From: Alphaproteobacteria bacterium CG_4_10_14_0_8_um_filter_53_9
GTDB taxonomy: Bacteria > Pseudomonadota > Alphaproteobacteria > UBA2136 > UBA6156
Direction: 5' to 3'
Assembly: GCA_002791805.1 (NCBI GenBank)
Contig: PFND01000048.1
Span: 1-51,271, forward strand
Length of the DNA: 51,271 nucleotides
Shown here piece after piece: positions 16,578 through 26,378 of the stretch (position 1 is its first letter; each line of letters begins with the position of its first letter). Made by a program: the position numbers and the translations under genes. The notes below the pieces were generated by a model. That model was not told the origin of the DNA, ran no database searches, and saw only the letters and a program-made list of their open reading frames with translations.

Positions 16578-18479
16578 ATGTCCCAAGAAAATCAAAATCA
16601 AAACTATCAAGTTGCGCCTCAGGTGCTTGAAAACGCCTTTGACGTTGACTTTGCGCGTCGCCTTGAAGATACTTTTACAGATGCCCACCCTGTTGTAGGC
16701 AGCGTTGTTAAAGGTGTTGTTGTTGCCAAAGACAGCGAAATGGTGACCCTTGATATTGGCCTTAAAACTGAAGGCCGTATTTACCTTAGAGAATTTGAAG
16801 ACCACGAAACCGGTGAAGTGAATGTGAATGTGGGCGACGTTGTTGACGTGTTTGTTGACAACCTTGATGACCGTCACAACAACTCCCGCCTTTCCCGTGA
16901 GAAAGCCCGCCGTGAAGAAGTGCTGGACAGCCTTGAAAAAGTGCATGCTGCCGGCGACATGGTAAAAGGTGTTATTTTTGGCCGCGTTAAAGGTGGCTTT
17001 ATGGTGGACGTGCAAGGTGTTCTGGGCTTTTTGCCTGGCAGCCAGCTGGACGCTAAACCCATTACGGACGTGAACCCGTTTATGTACGTGCCGCTTGAAT
17101 TCCAGATTGTGAAGCTTGACCGCAAGCGCAACAACCTGATTGTGAGCCGCCGTGCCCTTACCGATGGCATGAATGCCGGAAACCGCGAAGAGCTCCTGCA
17201 GGGTATGACAGAAGGTAAAGTGGTAAAAGGTATTGTGAAAAACATTACCGATTACGGTGCTTTCCTTGATTTGGGCGGCCTTGATGGCTTGCTCCACATT
17301 ACCGACATTGCCTGGCACCGTATTGGCCACCCGGCTGAAGTGCTGACTGTTGGTCAGGAAATTGACGTGATGGTTGTCCGCTATGATGAGAAATCTCAGC
17401 GTGTGAGCCTTGGTTTGAAACAGCTGAAAAATGACCCTTGGACATCTGTTGAAAATGATTACCCGATTGGTGCCAAAGTTACCGGCAAGATTACCAATGT
17501 TGCCGATTACGGTGCGTTTGTTGCGCTGGCCCCCGGTGTTGAAGGTCTTATCCACGTCTCTGAAATGAGCTGGACACGCAAGAACGTTCACCCTGGTAAA
17601 GTGGTTCAAATGGGCCAGGATGTTGAAGTGATGGTGCTTGAGATTGACCGCGACAAGCGTCGGATTTCTCTTGGCCTGAAACAGTGCCAGGACAACCCTT
17701 GGGATGTGTTCTCTGCCACCTACAAAGTGGGCGACCACGTTGAAGGTTCTGTCCGCAGCATGACCGACTTTGGTATGTTTGTGGCTCTTTCTGAAGATAT
17801 TGACGGGCTTGTGCACGTCTCTGATATCTCTTGGGACAAAAACGGCGAAGAAGCCCTGCAAGACTTTAAAAAAGGTGACGTTGTTAAAGCCGTTATCCTT
17901 GCCATCGATCCTTCTAAGGAGCGCGTGAGCCTGGGTATGAAACAGCTTGAAGGCGACCGTCTTGCCGATACCGCGGACGCTCACAAAAAAGGCGAAGTGG
18001 TAAAAGTTAAAGTACTGCGCGCTGAGACCGACGGTATTGTTGTGGACTTTGAAGGTAACGAGATCTTCATTAAAGCCCGTGACCTTGGCGTTGAAAAAGC
18101 CGACCAAGATCCCAAACGCTATAAAGCTGATACGGAAATTGAGGCTAAAGTAACCGGACTTTCTAAAAAAGACCGCAAGCTTAACCTTAGCATCCGTGCG
18201 ATGCAGCAGGATGAAGAGCGCGCTGCCGTGGCCGCGTACTCCAACCAGGACGATGATGGTGACAGCGCCCTTGCTGAAGCCCTAAAGCGTGCCGGTATGG
18301 CCACTGAAGCTGCGGCCACGGCCAAAGCGGCTAAAGCCAAAAAAGCCGATGACGCTGAAGAAAAACCTGCTAAAAAAGCTGCCGCCCCTAAAGCGAAAGC
18401 TAAAAAGGACGAGGCTGAAGGCGATGAGGCCAAAAAGCCCGCGGCCAAAAAAGCGAAAGCTGCCAAAGACGCTGAATAA
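16578..18479 (+). CDS. rpsA: 30S ribosomal protein S1 with a Lys/Ala-rich C-terminal extension
   Basis: Six S1 (OB) repeats. I prefer the start at 16578 (MSQENQ...). The tail from about 18300 reads ATAKAAKAKKADDAEEKPAKKAAAPKAKAKKDEAEGDEAKKPAAKKAKAAKDAE. Confidence 0.93.
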   Translation: MSQENQNQNYQVAPQVLENAFDVDFARRLEDTFTDAHPVVGSVVKGVVVAKDSEMVTLDIGLKTEGRIYLREFEDHETGEVNVNVGDVVDVFVDNLDDRHNNSRLSREKARREEVLDSLEKVHAAGDMVKGVIFGRVKGGFMVDVQGVLGFLPGSQLDAKPITDVNPFMYVPLEFQIVKLDRKRNNLIVSRRALTDGMNAGNREELLQGMTEGKVVKGIVKNITDYGAFLDLGGLDGLLHITDIAWHRIGHPAEVLTVGQEIDVMVVRYDEKSQRVSLGLKQLKNDPWTSVENDYPIGAKVTGKITNVADYGAFVALAPGVEGLIHVSEMSWTRKNVHPGKVVQMGQDVEVMVLEIDRDKRRISLGLKQCQDNPWDVFSATYKVGDHVEGSVRSMTDFGMFVALSEDIDGLVHVSDISWDKNGEEALQDFKKGDVVKAVILAIDPSKERVSLGMKQLEGDRLADTADAHKKGEVVKVKVLRAETDGIVVDFEGNEIFIKARDLGVEKADQDPKRYKADTEIEAKVTGLSKKDRKLNLSIRAMQQDEERAAVAAYSNQDDDGDSALAEALKRAGMATEAAATAKAAKAKKADDAEEKPAKKAAAPKAKAKKDEAEGDEAKKPAAKKAKAAKDAE

Positions 18480-18492
18480 GCGCCCTGGTGAC

Positions 18493-18519
18493 AAAAAGCC
18501 CCCTATGCGGGGGCTTTTT
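18493..18519. terminator. Bidirectional terminator (rpsA / clpB)
   Basis: AAAAAGCCCCC, loop TATGC, GGGGGCTTTTT. Confidence 0.85.
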
Positions 18520-18532
18520 GATGCGCGGTATT

Positions 18533-21109
18533 TTATTTGGAGGCTTGTTTGAGGAGTGTGAGGCCTTTTTTATCTCCTCCGAGGGTGACGGTATCCCCTG
18601 ATACGATCTCTCCGCCAAGGAGCATGTGGGCGAGTTTGTTTTGCACCTCGTTTTGGATGACCCGCTTGAGGGGGCGGGCACCATACACGGCATCGTACCC
18701 TGCGTGGGCAAGCCACGCGACAGCTCCGTCTTCTATGTTGAGCTTGATACCCTGTGTTGCAGCCAGCTTGCCGATGTGAGCCAGCTGGACACGAACGATG
18801 CCTTCCATCATCTCCGGGGCGAGACGGTTAAACAGAATGATGTCATCCAGCCTGTTGATAAACTCCGGCTTGAAGGCGCGTTTGACGACGGCCATGACGG
18901 CGTCTCGGGCGTCTTCTGCGGGGGCGCCTTCCGGCAGCTCTGCCAGATACTCTGCCCCGAGATTGCTTGTGAGAATGATGACGGTATTGCTGAAATCTAC
19001 CGTGTGGCCCTGGCCATCGGTCAGACGGCCATCATCCAGCACTTGCAGAAGGACATTAAAGACATCCGGGTGGGCTTTCTCCACCTCATCTAACAGCACG
19101 ACGCTGTAGGGGCGGCGGCGTACGGCCTCTGTGAGGACACCTCCTTGCTCATACCCCACATACCCTGGAGGGGCGCCGACGAGGCGACTGACGGTGTGTT
19201 TTTCTCCGAATTCGCTCATGTCTATCCGCACCATGGCTTTCTCGTTATCAAACAGATAATGGGCCAGCGTCTTGGCAAGCTCTGTTTTACCGACCCCTGT
19301 GGGGCCAAGGAAAAGGAAGCTGCCTGTGGGTTGCCCTGCATCTTGCAGGCCGGCACGTGCCCGTTGCACAGCAGCGCTGACGGCGGCAATGGCCTGAGGC
19401 TGCCCGACAACACGCTGGGCTAGAATGTTGCCCATGCTGAGCAGTTTTTCTCGTTCGCCTGCCAGCATTTTATCCACGGGTATGCCTGTCCAGCTGCTGA
19501 CGACTTTGGCGATACTATCTGCTGTGACGACCTCGTGCTCGGTGCCGTCATCCTCTTCTTTTTCTAGGGCTGCAACCTGTTTTTCCAGCTCTGGCTGTTT
19601 GCCGTACCGAAGCTCGGCCACTTTGGCGAGATCTCCCGCGCGTTCGGCTTGCTCGATGTTAATGCGCACTTGCTCCAGCTCTTCTTTCAGCTTTTTGGCC
19701 CCTGTGACGAGACGTTGGACTTCTTGCCAGCTTTTTGTGAGGGTATCGCTTTGTTTTTGGAGCGTTTCGATCTCGGTTTCCAGATCCTTCAGGCGCGCTT
19801 TGCTCTCTGTGTCTTTTTCTTTACTGAGAGCCTCCCTCTCAATTTTGAGCTGAAGGAGCTTTCTATCCACTTCATCCAGCGCTTTGGGCTTGCTGTCAAT
19901 CTCCATACGCACCTGCGCGGCGGCTTCATCTACCAGATCGATCGCCTTATCTGGCAAAAAGCGATTGGTGATATAGCGGGAAGACAGGTTTGCGGCGGCG
20001 ACGAGTGCGGTATCTGCAATGCGGACACCGTGGTGCGTCTCGTACCGCTCTTTTAAGCCACGGAGGATGGAAATGGTATCATCGACGGTGGGTTCTGCCA
20101 CAAAAACGCTTTGAAAGCGGCGGGCGAGGGCCGGATCTTTCTCGATATATTGACGATACTCATCCAGCGTGGTGGCGCCAACACAGCGGAGTTCTCCCCG
20201 TGCGAGAGCGGGTTTGAGCAGGTTGCTGGCATCCATGCCGCCTTCTCCTGTACCGCCTGCACCGACGAGCGTATGAAGCTCGTCTATAAACAACACCACT
20301 TGGCCGGCCTCTTGCCCGATATCGTTAAGGAGGCCTTTGAGACGTTCTTCGAACTCTCCCCTGAATTTGCTGCCTGCGACGAGGGCGCCGAGATCCAGCG
20401 CTAGAATGCGTCTGTTTTTAAGGCTCTCTGGCACATCTTCTCGCACAATCCGCTGTGCGAGACCTTCAACAATGGCGGTTTTACCGACCCCGGCGTCTCC
20501 GATAAGAACGGGATTATTTTTCGTGCGTCGAGAGAGCACCTGCATGGCTCGGCGGATTTCCTCATCGCGCCCGATGACGGGATCCAGCTTGCCGGCCTTG
20601 GCGAGGGCGGTGAGATCTCGTGTAAACTTCTCCAGCGTATTTTGCGCGGACTCTCCGCTACGGCTTGACATAGTTTGTCCTGCTCGCTGTTTTGTGATGG
20701 CCTCGGCCAGTTTCTTTTTATCTCCCCCTGCCTGTTTAAACAGATGGGCGACATCTTTACTTTCTTCTATCAGGGCTTGGAGGAGGGTATCGGCTCCGAT
20801 GAAGCGATCGCCCTGTTTATCGGCCATTTTTTCGGCGGTGGAGAGGGTGTTGCCCACCTCTGGTGAGACGCTGACGCTGCCCCCCTGAGCTTGAGGTTGC
20901 TTGGACAATAACATGTGGAGCGCGCTTGTTAGCGCCTCTTCTTTTACCCCTGCCCCAGTGAGCAGGTTTTTACCGTACCCTTCTGCATCTTCCAGATAGG
21001 CAGCGAGAATATGGGCGCCGAGGACTGTGGGATGGCCCGCGGCGGCGGTGGCACTTTGGGCGCCCCCGAGGAGGGCAACAACTTTTTCTGTCAGCTTTTC
21101 CATGTTCAT
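18533..21109 (-). CDS. clpB: Disaggregase ClpB
   Basis: Two AAA+ modules (GDAGVGKT and GPTGVGKT) and a long coiled-coil M domain. GGAGAG lies 6 nt upstream of the ATG. Confidence 0.97.
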   Translation of the reverse strand: MNMEKLTEKVVALLGGAQSATAAAGHPTVLGAHILAAYLEDAEGYGKNLLTGAGVKEEALTSALHMLLSKQPQAQGGSVSVSPEVGNTLSTAEKMADKQGDRFIGADTLLQALIEESKDVAHLFKQAGGDKKKLAEAITKQRAGQTMSSRSGESAQNTLEKFTRDLTALAKAGKLDPVIGRDEEIRRAMQVLSRRTKNNPVLIGDAGVGKTAIVEGLAQRIVREDVPESLKNRRILALDLGALVAGSKFRGEFEERLKGLLNDIGQEAGQVVLFIDELHTLVGAGGTGEGGMDASNLLKPALARGELRCVGATTLDEYRQYIEKDPALARRFQSVFVAEPTVDDTISILRGLKERYETHHGVRIADTALVAAANLSSRYITNRFLPDKAIDLVDEAAAQVRMEIDSKPKALDEVDRKLLQLKIEREALSKEKDTESKARLKDLETEIETLQKQSDTLTKSWQEVQRLVTGAKKLKEELEQVRINIEQAERAGDLAKVAELRYGKQPELEKQVAALEKEEDDGTEHEVVTADSIAKVVSSWTGIPVDKMLAGEREKLLSMGNILAQRVVGQPQAIAAVSAAVQRARAGLQDAGQPTGSFLFLGPTGVGKTELAKTLAHYLFDNEKAMVRIDMSEFGEKHTVSRLVGAPPGYVGYEQGGVLTEAVRRRPYSVVLLDEVEKAHPDVFNVLLQVLDDGRLTDGQGHTVDFSNTVIILTSNLGAEYLAELPEGAPAEDARDAVMAVVKRAFKPEFINRLDDIILFNRLAPEMMEGIVRVQLAHIGKLAATQGIKLNIEDGAVAWLAHAGYDAVYGARPLKRVIQNEVQNKLAHMLLGGEIVSGDTVTLGGDKKGLTLLKQASK

Positions 21110-21141
21110 CAGACACTCTCCTTTTTAATTGTGTTGGTGAT

Positions 21142-21180
21142 ACTTTATGCCTTTTGTCACTCATGTCAATAGAGTGACAA
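21142..21180 (-). promoter_or_regulatory. clpB promoter with CIRCE-like operator
   Basis: The plus strand reads TTGTCACTC-ATGTCAATA-GAGTGACAA at 21154..21180. On the minus strand the -35 TTGACA (21170..21165) lies in the operator spacer. A 17-nt spacer leads to the -10 TAAAGT (21147..21142). Confidence 0.6.
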
Positions 21181-21371
21181 TGTTCTTTATGACACACTCC
21201 TTTGCCTGAGCTTTAGGCGGCAGGGTTTTCAGATGTCAGAAACCGAACCATGATGCAGGTACCGAGCCTCATAAGTGTATAGGTGGGGTAAGGTGATCAA
21301 CCCGCAGCAACGTAAAATGGAGCCGCGCCATGAACCAGACCATAACACTTACAACGAAAGGAGGTGATCCG

Positions 21372-21437
21372 ATGCCGAGCTACACCAATGGGAGTATCTT
21401 AAGGGACCGCGTCATCACCACCTTTAGTATGGCCTAA
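21372..21437 (+). CDS. Possible 21-codon ORF behind a 14-nt perfect SD (may be an artefact of a 16S-tail-like sequence)
   Basis: AAAGGAGGTGATCC (21357..21370), then G, then ATG. The translation is MPSYTNGSILRDRVITTFSMA*. See the findings for the alternative reading. Confidence 0.25.
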   Translation: MPSYTNGSILRDRVITTFSMA

Positions 21438-21457
21438 CCCTTACCCAGAGTAGCAAA

Positions 21458-21490
21458 AACGGCGCCTTGGCAACAGGGTGCCGTTTTTCT
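21458..21490. terminator. Intrinsic terminator (U-tracts on both strands)
   Basis: AACGGCGCC, 10-nt loop, GGTGCCGTT, followed by TTTTTCTT. AAAAA precedes the stem. Confidence 0.7.
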
Positions 21491-21558
21491 TGTTATATAA
21501 AGCGCTTGTTTTGGATTTTTGATGGTGATATACCTCTTGTATTCAAGGGAGAGAGACC

Positions 21559-22296
21559 ATGAAACTTATGATCAACACAGCCTTTTTGGCGGCGTTTGCC
21601 GTTGCTGCCCATGCGGAGACGGCCTACCGTGAACAGATTTACATTCGGCCTAGTGGCTACCAGACAGGATATGAGGCGGACTATCGCCCTTATGCGAAGG
21701 CGGCCCCGACACTTAAAGATTTTTGGAATGGGACCTCTGTTGGTGTGCATGTTGTGACGGGTGATGCGGATGTGGAAAGCACCCGGGCCTCGGGCAATGT
21801 AAGGACATTTGAGGCTAAAGGCACGGGCTATGGGGCCACGCTTGCCCGTGACTGGCGCAGCAATAACTTTGTGATGGGTGTGGCGGCTGATGTGGGTAAC
21901 CGGAATGCGAAGGGCCACAATGATACATATCTTGGCCAGAAAGATTCTGCCAAACTTGGGCTTTCTGGCACGGCACGGGCCCGGTTGGGCGTTATTTTAG
22001 GGGGGCGTACGCTTGCTTATGTGACGGGTGGCTTTACGGCAACGCGGAGCGAATATGACGTTTACAGCAATGGTGTGAACCGCAGTACGACACAAACAGA
22101 AACGCTTACAGGCCCCATGTATGGCGCGGGCTTACAGATGGCGATTAATGCGAAAACGGCGGCGCATGTGGAGATTCGTCAGACAAGTTATGGCAAGGCG
22201 CATAAGCATGATGCCTCGGCTGTGAATGGTGCGCGGACGTATAAACTAGATGATACGGCGGTAATGATGGGGCTTTCTCGGAAGCTGAGCTTTTAA
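21559..22296 (+). CDS. Outer-membrane beta-barrel protein (Omp25/Omp31/RopB-like small porin)
   Basis: Signal peptide ...FAVAAHA/E, alternating beta-strand pattern, and a C-terminal ...GLSRKLSF ending in Phe. Confidence 0.75.
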   Translation: MKLMINTAFLAAFAVAAHAETAYREQIYIRPSGYQTGYEADYRPYAKAAPTLKDFWNGTSVGVHVVTGDADVESTRASGNVRTFEAKGTGYGATLARDWRSNNFVMGVAADVGNRNAKGHNDTYLGQKDSAKLGLSGTARARLGVILGGRTLAYVTGGFTATRSEYDVYSNGVNRSTTQTETLTGPMYGAGLQMAINAKTAAHVEIRQTSYGKAHKHDASAVNGARTYKLDDTAVMMGLSRKLSF

Positions 22297-22317
22297 CGCA
22301 TTGTATGTAAGGATGCT

Positions 22318-22342
22318 CCCCCGCCACAGGGGGTTTCCTTTT
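22318..22342 (+). terminator. Intrinsic terminator
   Basis: CCCCC, loop GCCACA, GGGGG, then TTTCCTTTT. Confidence 0.7.
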
Positions 22343-22424
22343 ATGCCCTTTGGATGGGCGTGGGGGTTTTATGTTGATGAAAAGGGGGGTACATTTTTAA
22401 AAATAATAAAAAGAAGATATCAAC

Positions 22425-24476
22425 ATGCATCTTTCATTCAAGCAGAAGCTCATTGGCGCCATGATGGCTGTGGGGCTTATACCTTTAACGATTTTGACGG
22501 GCGTATCTACATGGAATTCGTATCAAACAATTCTTTATGAAAAAGAGGGCATGTTTAAATCCTTGGAGGTGGCCATTGAGGATTCTGTCCATAATTATTT
22601 TAAAAATACCCAGGGTGTTTTGTACACTTTAAGTAAAGACCCCGCGGTGGCCTCTCTTCTTTTCCATTTTACCCATGCAACAGGCCGGGATGATTTGCTG
22701 GAGGTTGTTGTGGACGATCAAAAATATAATGCCCGCTACGCGTACCAAAGAGAGAAGACGCCTGGTGCCACTGCCTCTGACGAGGAGAGCTGGAAACAGA
22801 AAGACCCGAAGGTGCGCGCTTTGCAACACCTTTATATCTCTGGCAACCCGCAGCCGATTGGTGAGAAGCACAATATGGAGAGTGCCGGAGTGGATGTGGC
22901 CTATGACCCCTTGCATGCCAGGTATCACTCTAAATTTGTGGAGTATGTGAACCAGTTTGGCTATTATGACGTGTTTTTGGTGGATGCGGAAAGCCAGCGC
23001 ATTGTTTATACCGTGTTCAAGGAAATTGACTTTATGAACCGGATTGACGAGGGCTACCTGAAGGATACAGGCCTTGCCAAGGCGGCACGGCGTGCCATGG
23101 AAAGTAATGACCCCCAGACGGTTGTGTTTGAGGATTTTGTCCCTTATGCCCCCAGTTATAATGCGGGTGCTGGATTTATGGCATCCCCCATCGTTAAAGA
23201 CGGCAAGGCCATTGGCGCGGTGGTGATTCAGCTGCCTGTTGAGGCGCTGACGGATCTTTTATCTTCTGTAAAATCTTTAGGCAAAACTGCAGAGGCTTTA
23301 CTTATTGGCCCTGACTTTAAATTGCGCACAAACCCCCAACGGGAAGATGATTCTGTCGTTGTTGGTGACGTGTTGCCTGAGCACCTGAAACCCATGTTTA
23401 CCCGCGTGTTGGGCGGTGAAAAGCTTGTTGAGACGTTTGAAGGTCATACTGGTGCAATTGTTTTTGGTTCCCTGACCTCTGTGGAGATTGCTGATGGTGT
23501 GACATGGGCTTTTGTTGTGAAAGAATTCAAGAGCGAAATTATGGCCCCTATCTATAAGATGATTGGGCTGACGCTTACCATGGTGGCGGTGACGGTTATC
23601 GTTAACATTGTCTTTGGCTTATGGATGGCGAGTACGTTGATTCAACCGATTGTGAAGTTGGCTCAATCTTTCAACCAGAGTGCCGAGCGTGTGGGTGCCT
23701 CCAGCGGACAAGTTGCTGAGGCGGTGGCGGCGATGATTGCGGCCTCTGAAGAGACATCGGCCCAGAGTACGGTTATCCGCAAGAGCTCTAATGAAGCGAG
23801 CGGGTATGTGACCAGCGTATCCTCGGCTGTGGATGAGCTTAATATCAGCATTAACGACATCTCTCAGAGTATTGGCGAGACCAATGTGCTCATTGATGAC
23901 GCTGTCAGCAAAGCCCAGCGCACGGACGAAGTGGTACGTAATCTTGGTGAGGCTGGTAAGAAGATCTCTGACGTTCTTCGTTTGATTAACGACCTTGCCG
24001 AACAAACCAACCTGCTTGCCCTTAACGCCGCGATTGAAGCTGCCCGTGCCGGTGATGCCGGACGAGGCTTTGCGGTTGTGGCGGATGAAGTTAAAAAGCT
24101 TGCCAGCCATACCAGTGAAGCCACTGTGGAGATTGGTGAACAGGTGCGGAACATCCAGGATGTGAGCGAACAGAGTGTTGTGGCGCTTCAGGCTGTGGTG
24201 GAGGCGATTCACCGCATTAGAGACAACGCAACGACTGTTAGTGCTGCTGTTGAAGAACAAAGCGGTGTGGTGAAAACCATTGCCGGAAGTGTGCGTGATG
24301 CCGCAAGCCGTGTGAATGACGTGGATGCCAATATGGGTGGTATTGAACAGGCTGCTAATGATACGGGTGTGGCGGCTGACCAAGTGCAGGGTGCCTCTGC
24401 CGAAGTGCAGCAGGCCTTTGGTGATATGCGCACGGGTGTGGATGGTGTTCTGGATGAAATGGGCATTAAAGTCTAA
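22425..24476 (+). CDS. Methyl-accepting chemotaxis protein with a large periplasmic (Cache-like) sensor
   Basis: Two TM segments flank a ~330-aa periplasmic domain. The signalling hairpin [31 protein letters not shown] is highly conserved. Confidence 0.9.
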   Translation: MHLSFKQKLIGAMMAVGLIPLTILTGVSTWNSYQTILYEKEGMFKSLEVAIEDSVHNYFKNTQGVLYTLSKDPAVASLLFHFTHATGRDDLLEVVVDDQKYNARYAYQREKTPGATASDEESWKQKDPKVRALQHLYISGNPQPIGEKHNMESAGVDVAYDPLHARYHSKFVEYVNQFGYYDVFLVDAESQRIVYTVFKEIDFMNRIDEGYLKDTGLAKAARRAMESNDPQTVVFEDFVPYAPSYNAGAGFMASPIVKDGKAIGAVVIQLPVEALTDLLSSVKSLGKTAEALLIGPDFKLRTNPQREDDSVVVGDVLPEHLKPMFTRVLGGEKLVETFEGHTGAIVFGSLTSVEIADGVTWAFVVKEFKSEIMAPIYKMIGLTLTMVAVTVIVNIVFGLWMASTLIQPIVKLAQSFNQSAERVGASSGQVAEAVAAMIAASEETSAQSTVIRKSSNEASGYVTSVSSAVDELNISINDISQSIGETNVLIDDAVSKAQRTDEVVRNLGEAGKKISDVLRLINDLAEQTNLLALNAAIEAARAGDAGRGFAVVADEVKKLASHTSEATVEIGEQVRNIQDVSEQSVVALQAVVEAIHRIRDNATTVSAAVEEQSGVVKTIAGSVRDAASRVNDVDANMGGIEQAANDTGVAADQVQGASAEVQQAFGDMRTGVDGVLDEMGIKV

Positions 24477-24493
24477 ACATCCGGTACTGAAAA

Positions 24494-24520
24494 AGAGGCC
24501 TTTCTGGGGCCTCTTTTTTT
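24494..24520 (+). terminator. Intrinsic terminator after the MCP gene
   Basis: AGAGGCC, loop, GGCCTCT, then a T7 run. Confidence 0.85.
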
Positions 24521-24570
24521 ATGGGAAAATAGAGCTTGTCCCCCTTGCGCCGGCATGGCACTTTGCGAGG

Positions 24571-26268
24571 ATGAAAATACATGGAGCTACCCTTGGATGC
24601 TGGTTGCGTACGCTGTGGTATGTTCCCTTATGGCGCCTTGCTTACAAGGTGTGGCGCAGGCTGAAGGGGTTTTATTACACAAGCCCCCTTTATGGCCTTA
24701 AAGATGAGGCTTTGCATGTGAGAGAGGGGGTGAGGGAGGATTTTCTATCTCCCCTTGATAATGTGCCTTACTTATGGCCGGGAAGCATGGAAGCAGGCCG
24801 TGAAATTGCTGCCGGGCGCTGGACGTTTATTGGCCAGACCTATGTGCCGAACGGCCTTATGGACTGGGCTCCGGCAGGGCGCCCGCTCCTTTGGATTTTT
24901 CACCTGCATTACCATGACTGGCTTGGTGATTTACGTGCCGCCGGCCAGAAACAGGAAGCCCAGAAGCTGTTGGCGGACTGGATGCGCGAGTGTGGGCATT
25001 ATCACCCCACCGCATGGCACCCTTACCCCTTAAGTTTGAGAATTGTGAACTGGCTGGTACATGCTGAATGGCTTTTGAAAGGCTGGAATGCCAAAGAGCA
25101 GCTTGCGTTCAGGGAGATTCTTACACGTCAGATTTCTTTTCTGGAGCATAATTTGGAATGGGACCTTGGGTATAACCATCTGCTAAAAAACCTTAAAGCG
25201 CTTATTTTTGCCGGTGTGGCTGTGCCTGGGGCAGATGCCTTGCTGGTGCCGAACCTTGCGCGGTTTGTTCGTGAAATAAAAAGCCAGACTTTGCCCGATG
25301 GAGGACACGCGGAACGGAGCCCGAGCTACTTGAAACAGGTTTTGGAAGATGTTGTGGATGTTGTGGCCTTGCTGCGACCTGTTGGCGGGGCACCTCTACC
25401 CCTTATAGACGCTATGGAGGCCATGGCGACGGCATTAGCCACATTGCGCCACCCTGATGGGGGCCTTGCCCTGTTTAATGATGGAGAAGTGGAAGAGGCG
25501 GCGCATGTAGAGCGTGTTCTCCGCCATGCATGGCACGGCGAAGATAAACCGTATTTGCCTGATACGGGATACGTTCGGTTGGCGAGAGGTGGGACGTGTG
25601 TATTGATGGATGTGGGGCTTGTGGGGCCTGATGATAACCCCGGGCATGCTCATGCGGATACGCTCTCTTTTGAAATGAGTGCGGGCACGGAAAGGATTTT
25701 TGTAAATGGCGGCACGTTTGGCTACCAGACCCACGACCGCAACATGATGCGGGGGACATGCATGCATAATACGGTGACGGTTGATGGCATGGATAGCTCT
25801 GAAGTTTGGGGAGGGTTTAGAGTGGGGCGTCGTGTGCGCCGCGTTATTCATGATATCAAAGGTTTGGATAAGCCTGGTGCTGATGTTGTTTTAAATGCCG
25901 AACATGACGGATATCGCCATTTGGGTGTTCGTCATCAACGGAAAATGATGTTGGCGGGGGATGGAAGTGTTTTGCAGGGCGAGGATAGTGTGCTGGACAA
26001 GAAAGGCAGGCGCCGGCGTTGCGAGGCGGCCTTTCTGGTGCATCCGCAGGTGAGCCTGGTTTTAGAGGATGAGGGGCGGGCCCGCTTGACGACGGCCACA
26101 GGCAAAGAGGCTGTTTTTGAGATTTTAGAGGGTCGGCTGGCTGTGAAAAATACGGTTTACTGTCCTTTCTTTGGACAGAAGATCCCTACGAAAAAGCTTA
26201 TTATCCAAGGCTATACGAAGGGAGATGGGCGTTGGTGTGTGCGGTGGAAGCTTCGTTTTTTAGTGTAG
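24571..26268 (+). CDS. Heparinase II/III-like (polysaccharide lyase-like) protein
   Basis: GHAHADTLSFE and the surrounding pattern are typical of the heparinase II/III C-terminal domain. I chose the start at 24571, downstream of the MCP terminator. Confidence 0.7.
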   Translation: MKIHGATLGCWLRTLWYVPLWRLAYKVWRRLKGFYYTSPLYGLKDEALHVREGVREDFLSPLDNVPYLWPGSMEAGREIAAGRWTFIGQTYVPNGLMDWAPAGRPLLWIFHLHYHDWLGDLRAAGQKQEAQKLLADWMRECGHYHPTAWHPYPLSLRIVNWLVHAEWLLKGWNAKEQLAFREILTRQISFLEHNLEWDLGYNHLLKNLKALIFAGVAVPGADALLVPNLARFVREIKSQTLPDGGHAERSPSYLKQVLEDVVDVVALLRPVGGAPLPLIDAMEAMATALATLRHPDGGLALFNDGEVEEAAHVERVLRHAWHGEDKPYLPDTGYVRLARGGTCVLMDVGLVGPDDNPGHAHADTLSFEMSAGTERIFVNGGTFGYQTHDRNMMRGTCMHNTVTVDGMDSSEVWGGFRVGRRVRRVIHDIKGLDKPGADVVLNAEHDGYRHLGVRHQRKMMLAGDGSVLQGEDSVLDKKGRRRRCEAAFLVHPQVSLVLEDEGRARLTTATGKEAVFEILEGRLAVKNTVYCPFFGQKIPTKKLIIQGYTKGDGRWCVRWKLRFLV

Positions 26269-26378
26269 TCCGAAACCTCGGATTGATGAAATAAACCGCA
26301 CAAAGTATGCAAGGGTCTTGCCGCTTGTCGACAAGCTGGGTACACTCTCTTTACAATATGTAGGGGAAGCATACGATT

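Noticed and set aside
16542-18107. 521-aa ORF antisense to rpsA
   Set aside because: It is a shadow frame of the S1 gene. The translation is low-complexity and rich in Asn/His/Phe, and no RBS is present.
18493-18519. The AAAAAGCCC(C/G)C...G(C/G)GGGCTTTTT hairpins at 18493, 29511, 33124 and 36625 as copies of a MITE-like mobile repeat
   Set aside because: The similarity is limited to the A-run/GC-stem/T-run architecture expected of bidirectional intrinsic terminators. Only the 33124 and 36625 copies share extended flanks, and those are treated separately.
21200-21495. tmRNA, SRP RNA, RNase P RNA or 6S RNA in the clpB-OMP intergenic region
   Set aside because: I could not find any of the following:
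- A T-loop GTTCGA or an alanine-tag reading frame (tmRNA).
- GGAAGG/AGCA domain IV (SRP RNA).
- The RNase P conserved blocks.

The region is kept as an unclassified structured element instead.
24316-24570. N-terminal 85-codon extension of the heparinase-like ORF
   Set aside because: It overlaps the 3' end of the MCP gene and runs through the MCP terminator (24494..24520). The ATG at 24571 gives a sensible N-terminus.
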